A DNA stretch of 31,794 bases from a virus (Duplodnaviria; Caudoviricetes). The notes beneath the pieces are model-generated. The model worked only from the letters and a program-made list of their open reading frames with translations, was not told the origin of the DNA and made no database searches. Positions within the stretch are counted from its first letter, which is position 1. Each line of letters opens with the position of its first letter. The stretch spans positions 1-31,794 of IMG/VR virus record IMGVR_UViG_3300009086_000061. One strand, written 5' to 3'. Shown one piece after another: positions 10,301-19,300 of the stretch. The translations under genes were made by a program, and so were the position numbers.

Positions 10301-13300
10301 AAAAAATTACCGACACTACTGCGCCGTATGAGTTAGAAATAACATTAGATAATTCACCCGCAGGCATTAAAGCTGGCGATATATTAGGCATATTTAATGT
10401 ACAAATTAATGATGATGCTCAAGACGGATCTACTGAAACTGAAACTACTAACACTAGGTTATCACAGTTAAAAGGATTTTATAGAGTTACTAAAAAAGTA
10501 CTTAATAAAATTTATTTTGAAAGTAATGTTCAAATTGAAAAGATACCATCATGTGAAGGGTTAGTTACAACTTTTAAATCTGTAAAAGTAAGCGATTATG
10601 TTGAGGCTAATAAAATAGCACAACAAGGCATCGACGAAGGATCGTTAATATGGATTGAAAATACTGAAAATGATTGGAAAGTTCTAAAGAACTCCCAAGG
10701 ATTTAATCTATTACAACAAATACCTGCAGAAGAAACTGGCGAAAATAATTACGGCGGATCAATTACAGTTGATAACAGAAACAGTATTATGTCAGTGTCG
10801 TCACCGATTGCTAGTAATAACGGAAAACTTTTTATATATAGCAGAGGCGGAAATAGTCAAAATTATCAATTTACACAAATAGTAGAACCAGCAACTAGTG
10901 CATCAGTAGGATCAGGACAACTATTTGGTACAGGACAAGCTATTAGTGCAGACGGAAAATACTTAGTAGTAGGTGCTCCGGGTGCTTCAAATGTTAAATC
11001 AAGATACAAGGGTGAATTTGTATCTACGCAAGATTATGATAACAAAGATATTGTTCAATACGACGGACTGTTATGGGAAGTAGTAGTTGATATTCAAGGT
11101 GCCCAAGCACAGCAACAATTTGGAAGTTTTGGGGCTATAGCAGAAGTATTACAAAATAACAATATTTTTGCAAATGAAGCATTTTTTAAAAATATGTTAA
11201 CGGGTAATTATCCGTTTACCGAATCTGAAGAAGACACCCATCCTCAGCACGTTCTTGTAAGAGCTCCTGCAGACCAGTATTCAGGAACTACAGCAGGTGA
11301 TGTAGTTTATATGGAATGGAACGAATTTACATCAGCAAATCAAGATATACCGACTACAACTGCAAGACTTCCATTTAACAATGAGTTCCCTGCAATTACA
11401 CAAGAATTTTTAGAATCGGGGTTAACTATACAAAAGAAAGTTGATGTAATTTTAGAGATTCCGGTATTATCAATATTGCCACAGATTGGTGATCAAGTTG
11501 AAGCAACTGGCGTGTTTGGATATGTTAATTATGTATATGTTTCAAACAATAGAGCAGTAATTTATATTGAAAGAACAAACGGTGCTTGGCCTCTTATCGG
11601 ACAATTATTTAAGGAATCTGGAGAAGTTGTTGGCGCATTTCAAAGAGCTGCACCTACAGATTCAATTGATGTTAATGCAGAGCTTGGCGGTTATTGGTTC
11701 TTTGATACCGGTGCTGATATCGAACTTTCTGCAAATAATGTTGACGAAGCAAGAGGCTTAGTAGTTTATAATGTTATACCAACAGGCGAAGTAGACACAG
11801 ATGCATTTGGTGCAAATATTTGGAAGTATAATAATACACAGTCTGGAATTTATGGTTCTAATGCAGATAACAGTTATATAAGAACTCTTACATACCAAGG
11901 TACTCCAGGACCAGCAGATAACTTAGATATTATACCGAGTGATTTGTTTATTGTTCGGGCTCCTAAAGCACTAACTGATAATATAGTAGTTGGTGACGAA
12001 ATAGGGCTAGAAATATTACGCTTTCCAAGTGATGCTGACGGATCCTTTATTGATATTACACCAACAGGGTTAACTTATACTCAAACAAATAAGAAGCATA
12101 CGCTGTATGATTTATGGGAAGGGTATATTGATTTTGATTTAGATGAAACAAACTCTGTTACTGGTGCACCATTTGAACCTAAAGTAGGACAGTTTGTTAG
12201 AGAGCGCACACCTAACCCAGGAGCAACAGCAAAGGTAGTATACTATCAAAAATTTAATAACAGTAAAGCCCGAGTATATGTTACTAATGTATTAGGCGAT
12301 TGGGGAGCATTAGGGACAGGTAGAACTATTGAATATATAGGTATTCCAACAGATCCAGATCCAGCATATAACCAAGACCAAGTACTTGGCGATATTAATG
12401 CAGTATCATTAGGCGACTTAGTTGCAGATAATTTAGGCATAGGTAAATTATGTGTGTTCCAATTAGATGCAGAAATTGAAACTGTACCTGCTGAAAGTAC
12501 AATAATAGGTGCAGAATATATTATATATAAAGATACGCTAATTTCAGGACAACCGTTATTAGCTAATCCTCCAAGCTCTATCAATCTTGACTACACACAA
12601 GTATTTAAAATACCAGTCAATCCAGATGCTCCGGGAAACAATTTAAATAACTTTGGTTATTTCTCAGTATTCCAAAAAGAAAATGTGTCATCATTTAACC
12701 CAATTGATACATTCATACTACCTGATGTAACAGAAAATCTGCGTATAGGTAGTAAGATTAAAATAGCCAAAAGAAATGACTTATATAAAGTTCTCATAGG
12801 AGCACAAGGCAACGGAACACTTAGTAATCCAGGAAAGATATTCTTTATTAACAAAGGTACTGATGCTGAAGGTATAGTATACGATTGGGAAACTTCAAAA
12901 GACAAGCGTTACAAAGGTGTGTTTAGCACATCAACAAATTATATAATTAATGACTATGTTTATTATAGCGGATATTTTTACAAAGCATTAACAAACATAG
13001 CCGGTGACGGAACAACATTTACTGCTACAGAATGGCAATTAGTAAATAACGATCAAATAAGAAGTATTGACTACTTAGGATATATTCCAAATGATACAGG
13101 AACTATTCCAGAGGATCTTGATTATAAAGGATTCTTCACTCCGCTGTCAACATACACAATAGATGAAATTGTACAATATTTTAACGGAAATTTCTATAAA
13201 GCCAAGCGTAATATTCCGTTAGGATATAATGAATTTGTTGATGTTAACGGAACAATTGAAGTCCCTGCAGAAGATTGGGAATTGATTAGTTTTGTGCCCG

Positions 13301-16300
13301 GAGGTGACACTGAATTAAAACTTGATCAAACAGGTTTAATAGAATTTGGTCGTGACTTTGATATTAGTGATAACGGTGAAGTATTAGTAGTAAGTGCTAA
13401 GTTTGATAATGATATTACCAAAGTTGTTGTATATAGAAATATAAATGATAATTATCAAAAATCACAAGAACTAATTCATCCATCGGTAGACGAAACTGAC
13501 TCACAATTTGGAACATCTATAAGTATCAGTCAAGATGGAAAAATGATAGCTATCGGTGCTCCGTTAGCAGATGACTCAACTAGTACTAATGTTGGAAAAG
13601 TATTTGTTTACACACAAAAAGGCAACACATTTGTATTAACACAAACGTTATCAAGTGTCAATGAAGTTGATGGAGAATTATTCGGTAAGAAAATTGAATT
13701 TGACGGCAACTCATTATTTGTAAGTGCATTTAATGCATCTAGTGACGATATTACAACATTCGATAGTAACGCTACAGTATTTGATAATGAATTTACAACA
13801 TATAAAAATGAAATAGCTAGTAATGGAGTAGTATATGCATACGAAAGAATTGATGAATCATTAATCTTTGGACAAAGTATTGACTATCATACATATGCAG
13901 GCAGAGATAGTATTGCTGAAGTTGATTTCTTTGGTAGAAATATTCTTGCTAAAAATAATCACTTATATGTTTCAGTACCACAATATCAAAATGCTAACGG
14001 CAAAAAAGGACTTATATTAGATTACAGACGTCCTGATAATGAAAGAATTTGGACACAGCATAGAGTACATAATCCGCCAGCTGATATTGATAAAATTAAA
14101 AAGGTAATGCTTTACGATTTAAATAAAAACGAAGTAATTACTAACCTAGATTATATTGATCCAATACAAGGAAAAATTGCAGGACCTGCAGACGAAGAAA
14201 TACGTTATAAAACACCAAACGATCCTGCGGTGTATACTAATAATAATAACTTAATAGATAATATAACTATTGACTCTAACAGAAGTTGGGGACCGGAACA
14301 AACTGGCAGAGTTTGGTGGAACTTAACTAATGCAAAGTTTTATAATGTATATCAAAGTAATTTAATTTATAAATCAAATAACTTTAATACATTATTTAAA
14401 GGATCGTCAATTGATGTATATGAATGGGTAGAATCAACGTTAACACCAGAGGGGTGGAATAATGATCCTGATACTACCGGTACAGCAATTTATGATAGTC
14501 AGGTCTACAGTACCCGAAGAGTATACGATAATATTGCTAAAAGATTTACAAATTACTACTATTTCTGGGTTAAAGATAAAACAACAATTCCTAATATACC
14601 AGGTAGATCGTTAAGTATTGATGCAGTAGCAAAATTAATTGCAGACCCGAGCGGACAGAAATATAAGTTTATATCATTTAGTGATACTAATTCTTTTGTA
14701 CTACACAATGTAGGATCATTAATTGAAGATACTAACACAGTTTTAAATATTCAGTACTGGACATCAGGCGACAAATATAGTAATATACATAATCAGTATC
14801 AAATAGTTACTGAAGGATTGTCAACTAGTATACCAAACGAACAAATAGTTAACAAACTTATTGACAGTCTTGTTGGCTACGATGTAAACAGTCGTCCTGT
14901 ACCTAATCCAAATTTATCACCAAAAGAAAAATACGGCATTCTTAACAGACCAAGACAGGGATGGTTTATTAATAGAGTTGAAGTTCTTAAACAAGTTATC
15001 GAAAGAGTTAATGTTACATTACTGCAAAATTTAATTACTGATGAAAAAGACATTTCAGCTTTACAATTAAATGATTTAAAACCAACTAGCAATACTAATA
15101 AATTTGATACTACTGTTGATAACTATATCGACTTAAATTTTGTTAGTACAGTTCGTGCAAAATCAGCAGTATTAACTCCTATAATTGAAAACGGAAAACT
15201 AGTACGTGTTGATATAGTTGATGGAGGCAGAAGTTATAAAACAGCACCGACATATAAAATTGACGGACAGGGAACTGGCGCAGATGTTGAATTTACTTTA
15301 GATGTATTAGGACAAATTACTCAAGTAACAGTAATTAGTCAAGGCTATAATTATGATGATAATACGTCAATTGAAGTTAGACCATTTGCAGTACTTGTAA
15401 ATGCTGATGAAACAGTTAACAATAAATGGGCAATCTATCACTTTATTAATAACAGTTGGGTTAGAGTAGCATCACAAGCATATGATGTAACAGCATACTG
15501 GGATTATGTTGATTGGTATGCAACTGATTATAATAAATTTACAGAAATTGATCATGTATTAGATTATACATATAACCTTCAAGGGTTAGATGACAGGTTT
15601 GGTGATATTGTAAAAATCTTAAATGTTGGCGGCACCGGTTGGTTATTATTAGAAAAAATTGATAACCAAGATACTACTGATTATACAGTAAATTATAAAA
15701 CTATTGGTAAAGAAAACGGTACAGTGCAGTTATCATCTTCATTGTATAGCTTTGCAGATAACCTAGTAGGATTTGATAACCAAACATTTGATACACAGTT
15801 CTTTGATAAACAACCAATTGCAGAATTAAGAATTTTGTTAAATGCGTTAAAAGATGATATCTTTATTACTAACTTAGCTAATGAATTTAATAACATATTC
15901 TTCTTATGCTTGCGTTATGTATTTTCAGAACAAGGTTATGTTGACTGGGCATTTAAAACAAGTTTTGTTAAAGCTCAACATAATGTCGGAGAACTACAGC
16001 AAAAAACTACATTTAAGAACGACAACTTAACAAGTTACGAAGCATATATTCAAGAAGTTAAACCTTATAAATCTAAGATTAGAGAGTACATATCAAATTA
16101 CAGTAAACTTGAAACAGCGTCAAACGTAGTTACAGATTTTGATAGTCCACCGAGGTACGACAGTAGCAAAGGGACAATTACTACAGCAGATATTAAAGTT
16201 TTAAACGGTGTACTATTTGGTACAGGTAATGCGTTAGATATAGATTCTAATTGGTTAAACAATTTAAGTTACGAAGTTACAAAGATTGAAGTTAGTGATG

Positions 16301-19300
16301 CTGGAGAAGGATACATATCACGACCAGAAATTGTTATTGAAGGAAATGCTACAGCATTAGCGTCATTAGGACCAACAGGAAACATATCTAGCATAACAGT
16401 AATTGAACCAGGTAGTGGTTATATCGAATTACCAACTATAACAATTAATGGAACGCTAAAAGATGGCGGCAGAGATGCAGTACTAACAGCAGTTTTAGGT
16501 AACTCTCCAGTACGTAATATGCATACAATTATTAAATTTGATAGATTAAGCGGAACATTCTTTATTACACAAATGAATGAAACTGAATCGTTTACAGCGT
16601 CAGGCGGTATATCACGTTTTGATTTAAAATGGCCAATGGATTTAAGAACTAACACTATTGATATTAGTGTAAATGGCGAATTAATTTTAAGTAGTGATTA
16701 CACCTTTAGTAATGTAAAAGATACTACATCAACAGTTGACAAATACTTTGCTAGAATTGAATTTATTAATCCGCCAGCTGCAGAAGCAGTAGTGCAAATT
16801 AATTATAGAAAGTCAATCGACTTACTTGATGCACAAGATAGAATAAACTTATTTTATAATCCAACAACAGGACAGTTAGGCAAAGATCTTAGCCAACTTA
16901 TGGACGGAGTTGATTACGGCGGCGTACAGGTTAAGAGTTTTGAGTTTGGTGCACCTCCAGGATGGGATACCGGCGACTGGTATACTGATAACTGGGATAT
17001 CTTTGATGAAACATTTGACGATGAAACATTTGAAACTGACGGTAGTACAGTTACATTTGATCTAGTAAAACCTTTAGCTAAAGATGTAAAATATAATGTT
17101 TATATTAACGGACAAAGAGTTGATGACGATACTTGGGACGGAACATCTACTGTTGAAGGAAACACATATGCATTTATGGCTCCAATAGTTGGTGATGGAT
17201 TAACAAATACATTTACATTTGAAAATGAAATACGTTATAGACAAGTAGTTGAAGAACTTGATAGTAGTGGGCTTAATAATCCGCCGGCAAATGTTATTAC
17301 TTTACGTAGAGCCACATCAGACGGAAGTAGAGTAATTGACGAAAGTGCATACGATACTGCAATAACAGGCGGCGACCTTGCATATAGTACTGCTACTGGT
17401 ATCAAAGCTGAAGATATTAACGTTGACGGTGATGGATTTGTTACAGCTACTACATCTAAAGGTCCTGAAGAAACTGTCCCTGGGCAGGTTATGGACACAC
17501 TTGACTTACAAGTTTATGAGCGTCCAACAAGTGGAACAGGTGTTATTGAAGTTGATAGTTTCCAAGGCAACGGAACAACTACAACTTATACATTAACACA
17601 ACGTCCGTATTCAGTAGAAAGTGTAATTGTAAAAATTGATTATATTATAGTAGACAGTAGTAAGTATACAATTAATTTTAAAACTAATGAAGTTTTATTG
17701 TATGAAGCTCCTGCTATTGGAGCAAAGATATCAATTATATCAATTAGTTTAGGCGGTACAAACTTACTTGATTATGGTAATTTTACAACAGACGCAAGTA
17801 CAACAGACTACGAAACAGCAATTCCGTATAGTGAAAATAATAGTGCATACGTTACTGTTAACGGAAGTGTATTACCATTTACATTAGAAAATGTAAGCGG
17901 AGTAACACACATTAAATTTGCTGAAACACCTCCTGAAAATAGATTAGTACAATACGGAATTTTTAATAGTACAATTGAAACATTTAGTCAAATATCAATA
18001 GATAAAATCATAGCAGATGGAAGTTCAACAGCATACGAATTATCTCGTGCACCATTTGAACAGCAACCAACATCATATCATACTATTATTACTGCTACAA
18101 CAACTGAAGGAGCTGTGGTTACTGAGAATGTATTAACAGCAGGGTATAGTGAAGCATTTACTGTTGAAACAGATGTATTAGAATACAAAATGAAAGTATG
18201 GCAAATTCCAGTAGGTTCGGTTGAAGGATCAGAACTTAAGGTGTTCTTAAACGACAGAGAACTTACATTCTTACAAGAATGGACCTATGAAGGTGCAGGC
18301 AGTTTTAATAGAAATATTTCAGCAGATGCGCAACCAGGTAGTACAATTATTTTACAACGTGGAGTTGCAGCACCGGGCGATGAACTTAAAGTGTTTGTTT
18401 TAAGTAGTGGTGAATATAGATTTGGTTACTTTGATTCAGCAAACGATTTTATCGATACTAGCGGTAAACAAATACCAGCAGTATTAACACCTGTAATTGA
18501 AAGCGGGCAAATTACAAGCGTAACAGTAGTGTCTGGAGGCAGAGGCTATAATACAGATTCTGGTATATCAGCAAGTTCTGATGCAGGTGTTGGTGCGCAA
18601 TTTACTATTGATGTTAATGAAGTTGGTAGTATTATAAATGTAACAGTAGTAGATGCAGGAACAAATTACGATGCAGATACTACATTAAATGTAGAAATTG
18701 TACCAATTCCGGCAGTTATATATTTTGATAAAACGTATCCAGTTGATACAGTTATTAAGGTATACCAGTTTAGTAATCATAACGGACTTGGAATAGAACG
18801 AGAAAAATATGAAGTAGTACAACAAACAGAAATGACTGTAGGGACAAAAGGCTATTACGATTATAGAAACTTAACAAATAACTTTATTGACTTGCGTTCA
18901 GCTGCTATTAGCGTAAACTTTGTATGGATTAGTGTTAACGGTAAACTACTAACACCGACTGCTGATTATATTTTAAGAGAAAACAAAAAACGTATTCAGT
19001 TTATAACGCCTCTTAACGATTATGATACAGTTGATGTTATACAGTTTGCAGCACCTCCGGTATCAAATAGATTTGGATGGCGACAATTCAAAGATATGCT
19101 GAATAGAACTACTTATTTAAGACTATCTTCAGAAGACGAACATACCTTATCAGCACCGTTACGCTGGTACGACAGATCAATACAAGTTGGTGAAGGATAC
19201 GAAAGATTACCACAACCAACTTCTACAGTGCCAGGTGTGCTTTTCATTGAAGGTGAACGAATTGAATTCTTTAGAAGAGACGGCAATGTACTTAAACAGT

